Notes: generated by a model not told the origin, from the letters alone. Counted from the stretch's first letter, positions 1 through 11,158 are shown. The stretch: 64,000 nucleotides of DNA from Longimicrobiales bacterium (GCA_046483065.1 JAWODW010000103.1:13964-77963), one strand, 5' to 3'. Numbers and translations are program-made.

Positions 1-2130
1 GCGCTCGGCCGCCTCACTTACGGTGGGCTCGGCCCGTTCTCGCTCCCCCCTCTCACTCGCCGGCAGGAGGATCGTGAACCGCGTGCCCTGGCCCGCTTCG
101 CTCTCCACCCCTATGTAGCCTCCCACCGCTTCGACGATCCCGTACACGGTGGTGAGGCCGAGGCCTGTGCCTTCGCCCGTGTCCTTGGTCGTGAAGAACG
201 GCTCGAACGCGTGCTCCCGGGTCTCCAGGTTCATCCCTATGCCGTTATCCGCGACTTCGATCCGGGCGTAGTGCCCGGCCGGCGGGCGGTCCGGCAGCAT
301 GGGCTCACCGACCTGCTCAAGCTCCAGCGCCTGCACCGTGACGCGGACACGCCCGCCTTCATGGTTGACGGCATCGCGGGCATTGATCAGGAGGTTCATG
401 AAGATCTGCTCGAGCTGCGACGGGTCCATTCGGACGTCCGGACAGCCGTCTTCCACCGTCACGTCCAGCACGATGTTCTCCTCGATCAGGGGGCGGAGGA
501 GCGGGCGCATCGCCAGGGCGGCGGTGCCCGGATCCAAAACCTGTTCCTCCACCACCTTGTGCTGGCTGAACGCGAGCAGCTGTCGCGTCAGGCGACTGCC
601 GCGATCCGCGGCCTGAACGATGGCATCGACCTCGTCGCTCAGCTTACTGCCGTCCGGCAGCGCTTCGGCGATAAAGCCCGCGCGGCCCGTTACGGCCGTC
701 AGGAGGTTGTTGAAGTCGTGGGCGATACCGCCGGCCAGCCGGCCCACCGCCTCGAGTTTCTTTGTCTGCAGGAGCTGCTCATCACGCCGTCGCAGCAGCT
801 CCTGATCCTCACGATGCTGCATGGCGGCACCGAGAGTGGCGGCGGCCGCGCCGAGCGCGTCCAGCTCCGGGTCGGACCATGCGTGGTCGCGGTGTCGGTC
901 CGCGAACCCGAGACACCCCCACAACGTCCCTCGCACTATCACCGGCAGGAGGGCGACGGCCTGGACCCCCTGTTTCTCCAGCGTTCGCCACTCGGCGCCC
1001 GACAACTCCTGGCGGGTGCCGTGAACCGCTTCACCAGCCTCGAGGCGTTCAAGCCAACGCTCCCCGGTGGGGATGGGGTCGACGGCGCCGGTCTCCGACC
1101 GCTTGGCCTCCGCCCCACTCCATCGGTACCGGAGCGTCGGCTCGGGGCGCGAGCTGCCGTCCGGGGCCGCCGGGATCTCCCACAGGTCCACGGTGGCGAT
1201 CTCCGTGGCCTGCCCCAGCGCTCGAAGCACGTCGGGGATCGTGTCATCCAGGTCGCCCGCCGTGAGGAGCTGCTCGGACGCCTCGCCCACGGCCTCGAGG
1301 ATCGCGTCCTTCCGGCGCAGTGCCCGCTCGCTCTGAACCTGTTCGGTCACGTCGGCGAAGGCGGCATACACCTGGTACGGTTCGTCGTCCCCCGGGCGGA
1401 ACTGGGGGTGCGCGTCCACGCGGATCCATCGGGTCCGGTCCTCGACCGGATTGTGGATCGCCATGAGTCGGTCGTAAACCGGCTCGCCCGTCCGCAGCGC
1501 GATGCTCGTGGGGTGCTCGTGGGGAGGAAGAGGCCGGCCGTCGAATCCGGCAGCCCGCCATGCAGGGTCCTCGGCCATCCGGCCCTCCATCTGCGCGGCG
1601 GTGAGCCCCATGATGCGCCGTGCGGCCGGGTTGGCCGAAATGAACTCACCATCTGCGTTCACATATGCCACGCCCTGGGTCATGGTCTCGAAGAGCGTGC
1701 GGTACCGCTCCTCCTGTTCACGGAGCGACTCCGCCGCGGCAGCGCGATCGAGGGCGTAGCGCACGGACCGGACGAGGAGGCCTGTGGTCAGGCTATCCTT
1801 GGGGAGGTAGTCGTCGGCGCCTTTCTGGATCGCCGCCCAGACCAGATCGTCGTCCTGCATGCCCGTGAGGACGATGATCGGCAGGCGCGCCGTCATGGCC
1901 CGAACGCTTTCCAGCGTCTCGATGCCTTCGGAGTCGGGCAGCGTCAGGTCGAGCAGTATGACGTCGATGGGCGTCTCACCCGCCAGCACACGTCCGGCCT
2001 CGTCCACCGACTCGACCCAGTGCACCCGGGCCTCCAGGTGGCTATGCGGCTCGAGATACGCCACGATCAGATCGGCGTCCCCGGGGTTGTCCTCCACGAG
2101 GAGAATGTCGATGTCGCGACGGTCGACCAT
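1..2130 (-). CDS. Hybrid sensor histidine kinase (REC-PAS-GAF-HisKA-HATPase), truncated at the window edge
   Basis: Absent from the ORF track because it runs off the left edge. Manual translation from ATG 2130 gives [22 protein letters not shown] (receiver), [10 protein letters not shown], a PAS segment ([12 protein letters not shown]), H-box [16 protein letters not shown]-box [13 protein letters not shown] and F/G2 boxes [14 protein letters not shown]. The frame stays open to position 1. Confidence 0.92.
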   Translation of the reverse strand, partial: MVDRRDIDILLVEDNPGDADLIVAYLEPHSHLEARVHWVESVDEAGRVLAGETPIDVILLDLTLPDSEGIETLESVRAMTARLPIIVLTGMQDDDLVWAAIQKGADDYLPKDSLTTGLLVRSVRYALDRAAAAESLREQEERYRTLFETMTQGVAYVNADGEFISANPAARRIMGLTAAQMEGRMAEDPAWRAAGFDGRPLPPHEHPTSIALRTGEPVYDRLMAIHNPVEDRTRWIRVDAHPQFRPGDDEPYQVYAAFADVTEQVQSERALRRKDAILEAVGEASEQLLTAGDLDDTIPDVLRALGQATEIATVDLWEIPAAPDGSSRPEPTLRYRWSGAEAKRSETGAVDPIPTGERWLERLEAGEAVHGTRQELSGAEWRTLEKQGVQAVALLPVIVRGTLWGCLGFADRHRDHAWSDPELDALGAAAATLGAAMQHREDQELLRRRDEQLLQTKKLEAVGRLAGGIAHDFNNLLTAVTGRAGFIAEALPDGSKLSDEVDAIVQAADRGSRLTRQLLAFSQHKVVEEQVLDPGTAALAMRPLLRPLIEENIVLDVTVEDGCPDVRMDPSQLEQIFMNLLINARDAVNHEGGRVRVTVQALELEQVGEPMLPDRPPAGHYARIEVADNGIGMNLETREHAFEPFFTTKDTGEGTGLGLTTVYGIVEAVGGYIGVESEAGQGTRFTILLPASERGERERAEPTVSEAAER

Positions 2131-2134
2131 GGGG

Positions 2135-2587
2135 TTACCGCTCCGGGTATTTCACGACACTCAGCCAGAACCCCTCGATGGACCGGACCAGCTCGGCGAA
2201 CTGTGTGAAGTTGACCGGCTTGACCAGGTAGGCCGCGGCATGCTTGTCGTAGGACTCGAGGACGTCCACTTCGGAATCGGAGGTCGTCAGGACGACGATG
2301 GGGATGCGGCGGAGCTCGGGGTCCGCCTTGACCTCTTCCAGCACCTCCTGCCCCCCCTTCTTGGGCAGGTTCAGGTCCAGCAGCACCAGGTCCGGCCGCG
2401 GCACATCGGCATAGTCCCCCTCCTGCCGGAGAAACGCCATCGCCTCCACTCCATCGCTCACGACGGAGACCGAGTTCTTCACCTTGGCCTGCTCCAGTGC
2501 CTCGAGGGTCAACTCCACGTCGCCAGGATTGTCCTCCACCAGGAGGATATCGACCAGTTCCGGAACAGCGGCAGGGTCACGCATCAT
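2135..2587 (-). CDS. Single-domain response regulator, Rcp1-like
   Basis: Motifs [33 protein letters not shown] and YLVKPV match the Rcp1/phytochrome-associated receiver pattern. Confidence 0.92.
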   Translation of the reverse strand: MMRDPAAVPELVDILLVEDNPGDVELTLEALEQAKVKNSVSVVSDGVEAMAFLRQEGDYADVPRPDLVLLDLNLPKKGGQEVLEEVKADPELRRIPIVVLTTSDSEVDVLESYDKHAAAYLVKPVNFTQFAELVRSIEGFWLSVVKYPER

Positions 2588-3701
2588 CCACCTCTCGTGC
2601 GGGGAGAATCACATAGAAGCTCGAACCCTCGTCCAGTTCCGACTCCACTTCCAGCCGACCCCCATGGAATTCGACGATCTTCTTGCAGAGGGCCAAACCC
2701 AAACCGGCGCCGGGGTACTCCTTCCGAGGGTTGAGCCGCTTGAAAATGAGAAACACTTGATCGGCATACTGCGGCTCGATGCCGATGCCGTTGTCATGGA
2801 CACCGATTCGCCATTCGCCATCCTCTCGCTCCGCGGTGACGCGAATCTCCGGAGACTTCTCGCCGCGGAACTTGATGGCGTTGGAGATCAGGTTGCGGAA
2901 CACCTGCCCAAGACGGTTGGCTTCGCCGGTCACGTTGGGAAGGTCAGCAATGGTCAGTGAGCCACCCGATTCCTCGAGCGCGGTGGACACGTCCCGTTGG
3001 ATCACCGTCAGGACCTGGTTCAGATCGACGGTTTCCATGTTTTCGTCCAACCGTGTGGCCCGGCTGTACTGCAGCAGTCCCTCGATCATGTCCTGCATCC
3101 GCCGAGCGCCGTCCGCGGCGTACTCGATATACCGGTCCGCCTTCTCATCCAGCTCGCCCTTGTACCGCTCCGCCAGCAGCTCCGTGTAGCTGGAGATCAT
3201 CCGGAGCGGCTCCTGGAGGTCATGGGAGGCCACGTACGCGAACCGCTCCAGCTCCCGGTTCGACTCCTCCAACTGCTCCACGAGCTCTTCCCGCTCCCGG
3301 CGCACTCTGACCGACTCGGTGGTATCTTCGATGGCCAGGAGGATCAAATCCTGCCCCTCTCGCTCGATCCGTCGGGCGTTGACCGACATGATGCGGTGCC
3401 CGATCACGGGGAACTCGTGCTCGACCTGGAAGTCGTTGATGGGCGGCCCGCCCTCCAGGATCGCCTCGAGCCGCTCCCGGAGGGGCGGGATATCCCACTG
3501 GTGGTCCCCCAGCTCGCCGAGACTGAACCCCAGAATCTCGTGCGGACCCGCCTGAAAGGTTTCGTAGAACGCCGGGTTCGCGGTGAGTACCGTGAGGGCC
3601 TCGTCGAGGACCAGGAGCGGCTCCCGGATCGTCCGGACCATGGCGGCCGCCAGCTGGTCCATCTCGACGCTCGTGACCGCCGTAGCCGGATCAGCGGTCA
3701 T
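2577..3701 (-). CDS. PAS-domain sensor histidine kinase (Cph1-like transmitter)
   Basis: Start reassigned to ATG 3701 (MTADPATAV). PAS segment IREPLLVLDEALTVLTANPAFY..QWDIPPLR, H-box FAYVASHDLQEPLR, NLISNAIKF, DNGIGI and GAGLGLALCKK. Confidence 0.9.
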   Translation of the reverse strand: MTADPATAVTSVEMDQLAAAMVRTIREPLLVLDEALTVLTANPAFYETFQAGPHEILGFSLGELGDHQWDIPPLRERLEAILEGGPPINDFQVEHEFPVIGHRIMSVNARRIEREGQDLILLAIEDTTESVRVRREREELVEQLEESNRELERFAYVASHDLQEPLRMISSYTELLAERYKGELDEKADRYIEYAADGARRMQDMIEGLLQYSRATRLDENMETVDLNQVLTVIQRDVSTALEESGGSLTIADLPNVTGEANRLGQVFRNLISNAIKFRGEKSPEIRVTAEREDGEWRIGVHDNGIGIEPQYADQVFLIFKRLNPRKEYPGAGLGLALCKKIVEFHGGRLEVESELDEGSSFYVILPAREVDDA

Positions 3702-3921
3702 GCCGACTCTGCACCACGGTGCCCCGCGAAGATCGAATCGATTCCAACGACATGATGCACGCTCCCTTCGGGTGATATCGCGCTCATCATGAGTGTCGGC
3801 TCGAACGCTGCATTCCTTTAATCGCGCAATATTCGAGCCCGGCGAAGGGGGGACCACGGCGGGAGCCAGGGGGCTGAAGGTGGGGGCTTCAGGCCACGTC
3901 GTCCGGGGCGGCGCTTTTACG

Positions 3922-4131
3922 TCAGTGCTCTTCTGCGTCCCCCCCATCGGCGTCCCCTCGGTCGAGGAACCGCAGCACCAGCCCTGCGGCGAGCACCAGC
4001 CCGGCGCCCCCGATGAGCCAGTCGTTCTCGAGGAACATCCCCACCAGCGCCAGGAGCGCCCCGATGCTGAAGATCCAGAGCTTGGCCTGGAGCCAGCGGT
4101 CGTCGCCGCCCACACCGCGTCGGAAGAACAC
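3922..4131 (-). CDS. Small two-helix membrane protein
   Basis: 69 aa with two hydrophobic stretches and an acidic tail. It starts 3 nt after the enoyl-CoA hydratase stop. Confidence 0.65.
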   Translation of the reverse strand: MFFRRGVGGDDRWLQAKLWIFSIGALLALVGMFLENDWLIGGAGLVLAAGLVLRFLDRGDADGGDAEEH

Positions 4132-4134
4132 GGC

Positions 4135-4905
4135 CTACTTCTGGCGATCCAGGAACGCCTGCACGCCGTCACGGGTGTCCGGCGTGAGCCGCGCCAGGGC
4201 GTTGACCTCGGCGCCCCGGGCCACGGCCTCCTCGAAGGAGAGGCCGTCCATCCCGTACAGCAGGCGCTTGATGAGCGACACGGCGGACTTGGACTGGCCG
4301 GCGAGATCGGCCGCGTAGTCGGCGACCTCGTGGTCCCAGCCATCCTTCGCCACCACCCGGTTCACCAGGCGCAGCTCCGCGGCCCTGGCGGCGTCGATCC
4401 GCTCGCCCCGGGTCACCAGCTCGAACGCCACCTTCTCCCCGACCGCCCGCCGCAGCAGTGCCATGACCATAGCGGGCACGAACCCGAGCCGGACCTCGGG
4501 ATACCCGAATACCGCGTCCTCGCGGGCCAGCACGAGGTCACACGCCGTGGCCAGTCCGGCACCGCCGGCCAGGGCATGGCCGTGTACGGCGGCGATGATG
4601 GGCTTCGAATGGCGCCGCATCAGGACCAGGACCTCGCCCAGCGCCTGGGCGTCCGCCAGGTTGGCCACGGGGTCCAGCTCCGCCGCCATCCGCTCCATCT
4701 CCGCCAGGTCGGCCCCGGCGCAGAAGTCCGACCCGTTGGCCCGGAGCAGGACCACGTGCACGTCGCCATCGGCGGACGCATCGACCAGGGCCCGGGTCAG
4801 TCCCTCGATAATGCCCCGATTCAGGGCGTTCCGCTTCTCCGGGCGGTTCAGCGCGAGAGTGAGAACGCCGTTCTGGAGCTCCGCCAGGACCGGCTGCTCA
4901 GGCAT
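4135..4905 (-). CDS. Enoyl-CoA hydratase/isomerase (methylglutaconyl-CoA hydratase-like)
   Basis: Crotonase motifs LNRPEKRNAL, FCAGADL, AGGAGLATACD and FGYPEVRLG. Confidence 0.9.
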   Translation of the reverse strand: MPEQPVLAELQNGVLTLALNRPEKRNALNRGIIEGLTRALVDASADGDVHVVLLRANGSDFCAGADLAEMERMAAELDPVANLADAQALGEVLVLMRRHSKPIIAAVHGHALAGGAGLATACDLVLAREDAVFGYPEVRLGFVPAMVMALLRRAVGEKVAFELVTRGERIDAARAAELRLVNRVVAKDGWDHEVADYAADLAGQSKSAVSLIKRLLYGMDGLSFEEAVARGAEVNALARLTPDTRDGVQAFLDRQK

Positions 4906-4907
4906 GG

Positions 4908-5240
4908 TCAGACCCCCTTGCCATGCGGGATCTCGAGCTCCATCCGGAGGAGCGCCGTCGAGAAGGTCTTGCCCTGGGCATCCGTCATGAGGGAGACGGT
5001 CCCGCCCCCACCCAACGCGTTGTGCAGCAGGAAGTTGAGCGCGCCCAGGTTGGGCAGCTCGAACCGCTCGACCGGGCCCTGGACCATGTCCCCGAAGTGC
5101 TCCTTCACGCGCTCCGACGTCAGCTCCTTCAGCAGGAGGTCGTAATGGGCGGGGTCGAAGGCAATGACCCCGACATTCACGGTATCTCCCTTATCGCCGG
5201 ACCGGGCGTGGGCGATGTCCTTGAGCTGTACTTTCGGCAT
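4908..5240 (-). CDS. Stand-alone AtuA C-terminal-like domain protein (110 aa)
   Basis: Start ATG 5240 with SD GAAGGAGG. Sequence LKDIAHARSGDKGDTVNVGV..VERFELPNLGALNFLL..LGGGG..DAQGK is characteristic of the AtuA C-terminal region. Confidence 0.85.
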   Translation of the reverse strand: MPKVQLKDIAHARSGDKGDTVNVGVIAFDPAHYDLLLKELTSERVKEHFGDMVQGPVERFELPNLGALNFLLHNALGGGGTVSLMTDAQGKTFSTALLRMELEIPHGKGV

Positions 5241-5380
5241 CTCTGACTCCTCCTTCGTCTCGCTCTGCGAGCCCGGCGACAAGGGCGACTTCGTGGTCGG
5301 GGTCGTATTCGGACTCGGGCGTCCCGACCCCCAGTCCGACCCCAACCACCAAGGCGCTCGAGCCGGCGCGGCTCGAACGC

Positions 5381-6763
5381 CTAGGTCTCGGTCACTTCCA
5401 CCCGCAGGTTGTCCTCGATGACCGTCCGGTCGATCAGCGCCGGCCAGAACGCCATCACTTCCTGCACCCGCGGTCTCCCTCCTGCAAACCCCGTGACGGA
5501 GGGCGGCCCGCTGAGGATGAGCGGCGCGATCTCCCGGGTGAACCGTTCCACCGGGGCCCTCTCCTTCGCCCGGACGGCCACACGGAGCTGGACCTCGGGG
5601 AGGTCGTCCGGGGGCGGGCCCGCCAGGTGGCCGTGGGTCGAGTTCCAGCCGACGAACTCGGTCAGGACCTCCTCGAACTCGAGGCCGAGGCGATCGAGGC
5701 GCTCCCGGAGCACGCGGTCGGCCGCCTTCGCCTTCTTGACGGGGTCGGGCCAGGCGTAGACCAGGGTTCCCACCGCCTTGAACCCGTCGCGGTACGCGAT
5801 CGATACCTTGAGCATGTCGGTCCGGGGGCGCCCCTGCACGCCGTACACCTTGACCCGGTTCTCGCCATCCTCGGCGAGGCGGATGCTGGTGAAGTCGGCC
5901 ACTACGTCCGGCGTGATGTAGTCGGTGGGATCGCCCATCTCGTACAGCAGCTGCTCCTTGACGACGGCGGGGGTAATCCGTCCGCCCGTGCCCTCGTGCT
6001 TCGTCACTACGAAGCTGCCATCGGCGTGGGCCTCGATGATGGGGTAGCCGATCCCCGCCATGTCCGGGAGCGTCTCCCAGTCGATGAGGCAGTTCCCGCC
6101 GCTGGCCTGGGCACCGCACTCGTTGATGTGTCCCGCCACCACGCCGGCGGCGACCCGGTCCCAGTCGTCGTCGGCCCAGTCGAAGGCGTGCATCATGGGC
6201 CCGTACGTGAGCGCCGTGTCGGTGGAGCGGCCCGTCACTACTACCGTGGCCCCCTGCTCCAGCGCCTCCAGGATCGGCCCGGCGCCGATGTATGCGTTGG
6301 CGCTGGCCACCCGGTCCAGCACATCGGTCAGCGGGTCGCCCGTATCCATATGGCGCAACTCGTGGCCCGCCTCTATGAGCTCTTCCAGGCGGTCCAGGAT
6401 GTCGTCACCCAGCACCACGCCGATGCGGGCGCCCTTCCCGGCACCCACCGAGCGCCGTGCGGCCTCACGGAGCGCATCGCGACACGCCTCGAGGTTGACA
6501 CCACCTGCGTTGGTCACGACCCGGATGTCCTTCTCCAGGAGGTCCGGGAACAGCTCCTCCATGAGGGGCACGAAGTCCCGCGCGTACCCCTGGGACGGGT
6601 CCCGCGACTTCTGCTTCTGGAGGATGGACATGGTGACCTCGGCCAGGTAGTCCAGCATCAGGTAATCGATGGGACCGGTGCGCACCTGTTCGACCGGCGC
6701 ATCGAGGCGGTCTCCCCAGAAGCCCTGGCCACTGGCGATACGGATCATGTCTCGGTCTGCCAT
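5381..6763 (-). CDS. Acyclic terpene utilization AtuA-family protein (DUF1446 N-terminal part)
   Basis: Motifs [53 protein letters not shown] and [18 protein letters not shown]. Confidence 0.9.
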   Translation of the reverse strand: MADRDMIRIASGQGFWGDRLDAPVEQVRTGPIDYLMLDYLAEVTMSILQKQKSRDPSQGYARDFVPLMEELFPDLLEKDIRVVTNAGGVNLEACRDALREAARRSVGAGKGARIGVVLGDDILDRLEELIEAGHELRHMDTGDPLTDVLDRVASANAYIGAGPILEALEQGATVVVTGRSTDTALTYGPMMHAFDWADDDWDRVAAGVVAGHINECGAQASGGNCLIDWETLPDMAGIGYPIIEAHADGSFVVTKHEGTGGRITPAVVKEQLLYEMGDPTDYITPDVVADFTSIRLAEDGENRVKVYGVQGRPRTDMLKVSIAYRDGFKAVGTLVYAWPDPVKKAKAADRVLRERLDRLGLEFEEVLTEFVGWNSTHGHLAGPPPDDLPEVQLRVAVRAKERAPVERFTREIAPLILSGPPSVTGFAGGRPRVQEVMAFWPALIDRTVIEDNLRVEVTET

Positions 6764-8172
6764 TACTGTCCTTCCGCCCGCGCACGGGTCACGGCCCCGG
6801 GATTACCCCGGATCCGCAAGATTACGTATCCGACGATGCCGGCCACAGTGGACGCGGCCAGCACCCCGACCTTGGAGAGCTCGAGCGTCATGTCGACGAA
6901 GGCCAGGTTTGCGATGAAGAGCGACATGGTGAACCCGATCCCCGCCAGGAGCCCGACGCCCACCAGGTGCATGCCCCGGACGCCGGCCGGGAGGCCCGCC
7001 AGCCCCAGTCGAACGGCCGCCCATGCGAAGAGGCCCACGCCGATGGGCTTGCCGATAAGGAGCCCCAGCGCGATCCCCAGCACCACGGGGCTGCTGAGCC
7101 CCTGAACCACCTCGGGCTCCAGCGCCACGCCGGCGTTGGCCAGGGCGAAGAGGGGCATGATCCCGTAGGCCACCCACGGCACGATGGCGTGCTCGATGCT
7201 CAGCAGTGGCGACTGCACCTCCTCGGCGACCTCCTCGAGGTGCTCCAGCGCCGCTTCCTGCTTCGCGGTGAGCGGATGCGCCGGCTCCGGCCGCAGCCCA
7301 TCCGCCTCGAACTGGGCCAGGTAGGCCCGGGCGCTCGCCACGAACTCCGGCACGTTGATGCGGGTCCTGGCCGGGATCGTCGTGGCCAGGAGCACACCCG
7401 CGATGGTGGCGTGGACGCCGGACTTCAGGAAGAAGTACCAGAGCACCACGCCCAGCAGCGCGTATACGGCCGGCCTCCGTACCCCGCCCAGGTTCGCTCC
7501 CACCAGGAGGATGAACACGACCCCGCCGCTGGCCAGCATGACCCAGTCGATGCCCGCGGAGTAGAAGACGGCGATGACCAGGACGGCGCCCAGGTCGTCC
7601 ACGATGGCCAGCGCGGCCAGGAAGATCTTGAGCCCTGACGGGACCCGGTCACCGAGGAGGGCCAGCACCCCCAGGGCGAAGGCGATGTCGGTGGCCATGG
7701 GCACGCCCCAGCCCCGGAGCTCGGGCGTACCGGCGTTGAACGCCACGTAGATCGCGGCCGGGACCACCATGCCGCCGATGGCGGCGGCGATGGGCAGTGC
7801 GGCCTGCTTGGGCGACGCCAGCTCCCCGACCTTCGTCTCCCGCTTGATCTCGAGGCCCACCATGAAGAAGAACACGGCCATGAGGCCGTCGTTGATCCAG
7901 TAGTGGAGCGAGTAGTCGAGGAGGACGGCGCCGCCGCCCAACACTACATGGGTCTCCCAGAGGTCGAAGTAGCTCTCGGCCCACGGCGAGTTGGCCCAGA
8001 CCAGCGCCACGGCGGCGCAGATGAGGAGGATGATCCCGCTGGCCGACTCGGCCTGGAAAAACTCCTGGAACGGCATGACCAGCCGGCGCACCAGCGTGTG
8101 CCGCGTCTTTCCGGGCGGAGCCGGCATGCCGGGCAGCCCCGGCCCCTTCGGCCCTCTGGACGGCTCCTTCAC
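6763..8172 (-). CDS. nhaA: Na+/H+ antiporter NhaA
   Basis: Motifs [52 protein letters not shown] and [10 protein letters not shown]. Confidence 0.96.
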   Translation of the reverse strand: MKEPSRGPKGPGLPGMPAPPGKTRHTLVRRLVMPFQEFFQAESASGIILLICAAVALVWANSPWAESYFDLWETHVVLGGGAVLLDYSLHYWINDGLMAVFFFMVGLEIKRETKVGELASPKQAALPIAAAIGGMVVPAAIYVAFNAGTPELRGWGVPMATDIAFALGVLALLGDRVPSGLKIFLAALAIVDDLGAVLVIAVFYSAGIDWVMLASGGVVFILLVGANLGGVRRPAVYALLGVVLWYFFLKSGVHATIAGVLLATTIPARTRINVPEFVASARAYLAQFEADGLRPEPAHPLTAKQEAALEHLEEVAEEVQSPLLSIEHAIVPWVAYGIMPLFALANAGVALEPEVVQGLSSPVVLGIALGLLIGKPIGVGLFAWAAVRLGLAGLPAGVRGMHLVGVGLLAGIGFTMSLFIANLAFVDMTLELSKVGVLAASTVAGIVGYVILRIRGNPGAVTRARAEGQ

Positions 8173-9782
8173 ATCGCCTCCAGGCTGCCGAACGGACCGA
8201 TATGCGGGCCCGGGTTGTGGAGCGCCGTCCGCAGCGCGAACGCCAGCGTGGACCGGAGCTGCTCCGGCCGCACCACGGCGTCCACGAAGCCTCGTGCCGC
8301 AGCGTAGCGGGCGTCGAGCTGGCGCTCGTAATCGGCCCGGACCGCGTCCATCTTCTGCTGCAGCTCCTCGCCGGGCGCCTGGCCCGCCTTCTTGAGCTCA
8401 TCGAGCTGTGGGCCGAAGAGGGCCACCACCGCACTCTCCCCTTCCATCACTCCCATTCTCCCCGTCGGTAGTGTGAAGATGAAATCCGGGTCGAACCCCT
8501 GACCGGCCATGGCGTAATAGCCGGCGCCGGAGGCGTGGTTGAGGGTCAGGACCAGCTTCGGGACGCCTGCCGTGGCCATGGCTTCCACGAACCGGGCACC
8601 TGCACGGATAATGCCGGACTGCTCTGCTTCGATCCCCACCATGAACCCGCTCACGTCCTGGATGAACAGGATCGGCGTGTTGTGGCGGTTCATGGTCTCG
8701 ATGAAGTACGCCGACTTCTCCGCGCTGTCCGTGTAGATGATCCCGCCGAACTTGGGCGGTCCGCCGCGCTCTTCCTCGATCATGCCCCGGCGGTTGGCCA
8801 GGATCCCCACGGCCACGCCGTCGATCCGCGCGGTGGCGCAGAGCATCTCCGGCGCCCGATCGGCCTGGAACTCGTCGTAGTGCCCGCCGTCGAGAAGCGC
8901 CGAGAGGACCGCCTCCATGTCGTACGGCTGCCGGTGGTCATCCGGGAGCACGTCGTAGAGGCTGGCCACGGGTGTGGCCGGCGCGTCGCCGGGCCGGATG
9001 GCGGCCCGGGGCGGCTCGTACGGGAGCTCCTCGATGAGCTCCCGGATCCGGCCCACGCACGCCCGATCATCGGACGGCCGGTAGTGGGCCACGCCGCTCA
9101 GCGCGTTGTGGGTCCAGGCGCCGCCCAGCTCCTCGGCCTCCACCGTGGCGCCGGTGGCTCCCTTCACCAGGTTCGGGCCGCCGAGCCCCATGAAGCTCGT
9201 GCCCTCCACCATGAGCATGACATCGGAGAGGGCCGGCAGATATGCGCCTCCGGCGATACACGGCCCCATGACCGCCGCGATCTGCGGCACATGCAGGTAG
9301 CGCCGCATGATCGAGTTGTAGTAGAAGAGCCGCGCGGCGCCGTACTGCCCGGGGAACACGCCGCCCTGGTACGGCAGGTTCACACCCGCCGAGTCCACCA
9401 GATAGACGATGGGGACCCGACACCGCATGGCGATCTCCTGCGCCCGTAGCATCTTGTCGATGGTCTCGGGCCACCAGGAGCCGGCCTTCACGGTGGCGTC
9501 GTTCGCCACCACCACGATAGGCCGGCCGTGGACGGTGCCCATACCGGTGACCACCCCGGCGCCGGGTGCCTTGCCCTCGTAGCTGTCGTGGGCCACCAGC
9601 AGCCCGATCTCGTGGAAGTCGGTCCGGGGGTCCACAAGCAGCGAGATCCGCTCCCGGGCCGTCAGCTTGCCGGCGTCGTGCTGCTTCTTGATCCGTTTCT
9701 CGCCGCCCCCCTGCCGCAGCCGGGTCTCGAGCTCGTCGAGCTCGTCGACCAGCCGCCGCAGACGCGACGCGTGCTCCGCCAC
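8169..9782 (-). CDS. Acyl-CoA carboxylase carboxyltransferase subunit (methylcrotonyl-CoA carboxylase beta-like)
   Basis: Start GTG 9782, just after the upstream stop. Motifs GKLTARERI, ANDATVKAG, LVDSAGVNLP, CIAGGAY, QDVSGFMVG and GAGYYAM. Confidence 0.9.
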   Translation of the reverse strand: MAEHASRLRRLVDELDELETRLRQGGGEKRIKKQHDAGKLTARERISLLVDPRTDFHEIGLLVAHDSYEGKAPGAGVVTGMGTVHGRPIVVVANDATVKAGSWWPETIDKMLRAQEIAMRCRVPIVYLVDSAGVNLPYQGGVFPGQYGAARLFYYNSIMRRYLHVPQIAAVMGPCIAGGAYLPALSDVMLMVEGTSFMGLGGPNLVKGATGATVEAEELGGAWTHNALSGVAHYRPSDDRACVGRIRELIEELPYEPPRAAIRPGDAPATPVASLYDVLPDDHRQPYDMEAVLSALLDGGHYDEFQADRAPEMLCATARIDGVAVGILANRRGMIEEERGGPPKFGGIIYTDSAEKSAYFIETMNRHNTPILFIQDVSGFMVGIEAEQSGIIRAGARFVEAMATAGVPKLVLTLNHASGAGYYAMAGQGFDPDFIFTLPTGRMGVMEGESAVVALFGPQLDELKKAGQAPGEELQQKMDAVRADYERQLDARYAAARGFVDAVVRPEQLRSTLAFALRTALHNPGPHIGPFGSLEAM

Positions 9783-9784
9783 GG

Positions 9785-10204
9785 TTACGCGCTGCCCGCG
9801 GCGTGCCGCTCGGCGAACCACTCCCGGATGTACTCGATGGGCTCGCCCGTGGGGGTGCCCGGGCCGAACAGCCGGCCCACACCCTGCTCCTCCAGCTTCT
9901 CCATGTCTTCTTCCGGTATGATGCCGCCGCCGGTCAGGAGCACGTGATCGGCGCCCTCCTCCCGGAGCAACTCCTGCACCTTCGGGAAGAGAGTCATATG
10001 GGCCCCCGAGAGGATCGAGAGCGCCACCACGTCCACGTCTTCCTGGATCGCCGCGTTCACGATCATCTCCGGCGTCTGGTGCAGCCCCGTGTAGATGACC
10101 TCGAACCCCGCGTCCCTCATGGCGCTGGCCATGACCTTCGCGCCCCGGTCGTGCCCGTCCAGCCCGGGCTTCGCGACCAACACTCGTATCTTGCGATCCT
10201 CCAT
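9785..10204 (-). CDS. Cobalamin-binding small subunit of an acyl-CoA mutase (IcmB/MutB C-terminal-like)
   Basis: [13 protein letters not shown] contains the DxHxxG B12 motif; SILSGAH and GGGIIP are also present. Confidence 0.95.
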   Translation of the reverse strand: MEDRKIRVLVAKPGLDGHDRGAKVMASAMRDAGFEVIYTGLHQTPEMIVNAAIQEDVDVVALSILSGAHMTLFPKVQELLREEGADHVLLTGGGIIPEEDMEKLEEQGVGRLFGPGTPTGEPIEYIREWFAERHAAGSA

Positions 10205-10252
10205 CGTCTTATCGCTCCTCGGTTACGTCGATACGCCGGAAAAGTAAGAAGG

Positions 10253-11158
10253 TCAGCGCCGCTCGGCCACCATGATCAGCCGCGGCGACGACGCCCGGAA
10301 CGTCTCGCCCGACCAGCGGCCGTAGCGCGCCGTGACCTCCAACCCTGCCTGCTGCAGGAGCCGATCCACCTCCTCCGCCCACCGGATCCGGAGGGAGTGG
10401 CGCTTCTCGCCCTCGCCGGCCGGTCCCTCCCAGCGCAGGACCTCGTGGCTGATGCCTCGTTCGGCGTCGAACCGGCGCCGGGCCCGGACCTCAGTGCCAT
10501 CGGGCAGCGTCCACGCGTCCCGCGAAGCGAAATGTGCTTCCACATCCGCCCGGTGCATCCCCTCGAGGAGGAAGCGCCCCCCCGGCCGGAGCACTCGCCG
10601 GACCTCCGTCAACGCCCGCACCGCCGTGGCGTGGTCTAGGAAGAGCCCCAACGACGTGGCCAGGTTGATCACATCATGGAAGCTGCCGTCCCGGAGCGGG
10701 AGCTCGAGCATGTCACCGGCCACGAGGAGCGGTCCATCGCCACGGCCTCCGGGCCGGCTGCCGGACCGCCGCTGGCTCCGGCTCTCCGTGCCCGCGTCCG
10801 GCCCGGTGCCCTGCTGACCGCGGGCCCGGCGCAGGAGCGCTACCGAGAGGTCGAGCCCCACCACCCGGTGACCCGCTTCGGCCAGGAGCCGTAGATGCCG
10901 CCCCCAGCCGCACCCCAGGTCCAGCAGCCGATCCGTCTGGGCGAGCCCCAGGATCTCTCGCACCGCCGCCGTCTCGCGCCGCGTATCGGCTTCGGTGTGG
11001 AACTGCGAGAGGAGCCGGTAGTACGCGTCGTCGAAGAACCCGGGGTCCACAGTCCCGGCCTCCGCCACGCGAGGGCCGTCATCGTGGCGGTGGGCGCGTG
11101 GGAGCCCACCGGAGGCCCCGGCGCCGCCGCCGTCAATCGGTGGCGTCGTCGCCGTCAT
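10253..11158 (-). CDS. Class I SAM-dependent methyltransferase
   Basis: Motif I LLDLGCGWGRH, VVGLDLS and VLRPGGRFLL. The start position is uncertain. Confidence 0.85.
   Translation of the reverse strand: MTATTPPIDGGGAGASGGLPRAHRHDDGPRVAEAGTVDPGFFDDAYYRLLSQFHTEADTRRETAAVREILGLAQTDRLLDLGCGWGRHLRLLAEAGHRVVGLDLSVALLRRARGQQGTGPDAGTESRSQRRSGSRPGGRGDGPLLVAGDMLELPLRDGSFHDVINLATSLGLFLDHATAVRALTEVRRVLRPGGRFLLEGMHRADVEAHFASRDAWTLPDGTEVRARRRFDAERGISHEVLRWEGPAGEGEKRHSLRIRWAEEVDRLLQQAGLEVTARYGRWSGETFRASSPRLIMVAERR

Noticed and set aside
211-2208. 665-aa plus-strand ORF
   Set aside because: It is the antisense shadow of the hybrid kinase on the minus strand and has no recognisable motifs. Long shadow ORFs are expected at this GC content.
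3702-4343. N-terminal extensions in the ORF track (e.g. kinase from 4343, ubiB-like from 19437, mgtE from 21242, trpD from 44225)
   Set aside because: They overlap other genuine genes or repeats. Downstream starts with SD sequences, ATGA/GTGA coupling or promoters fit better.
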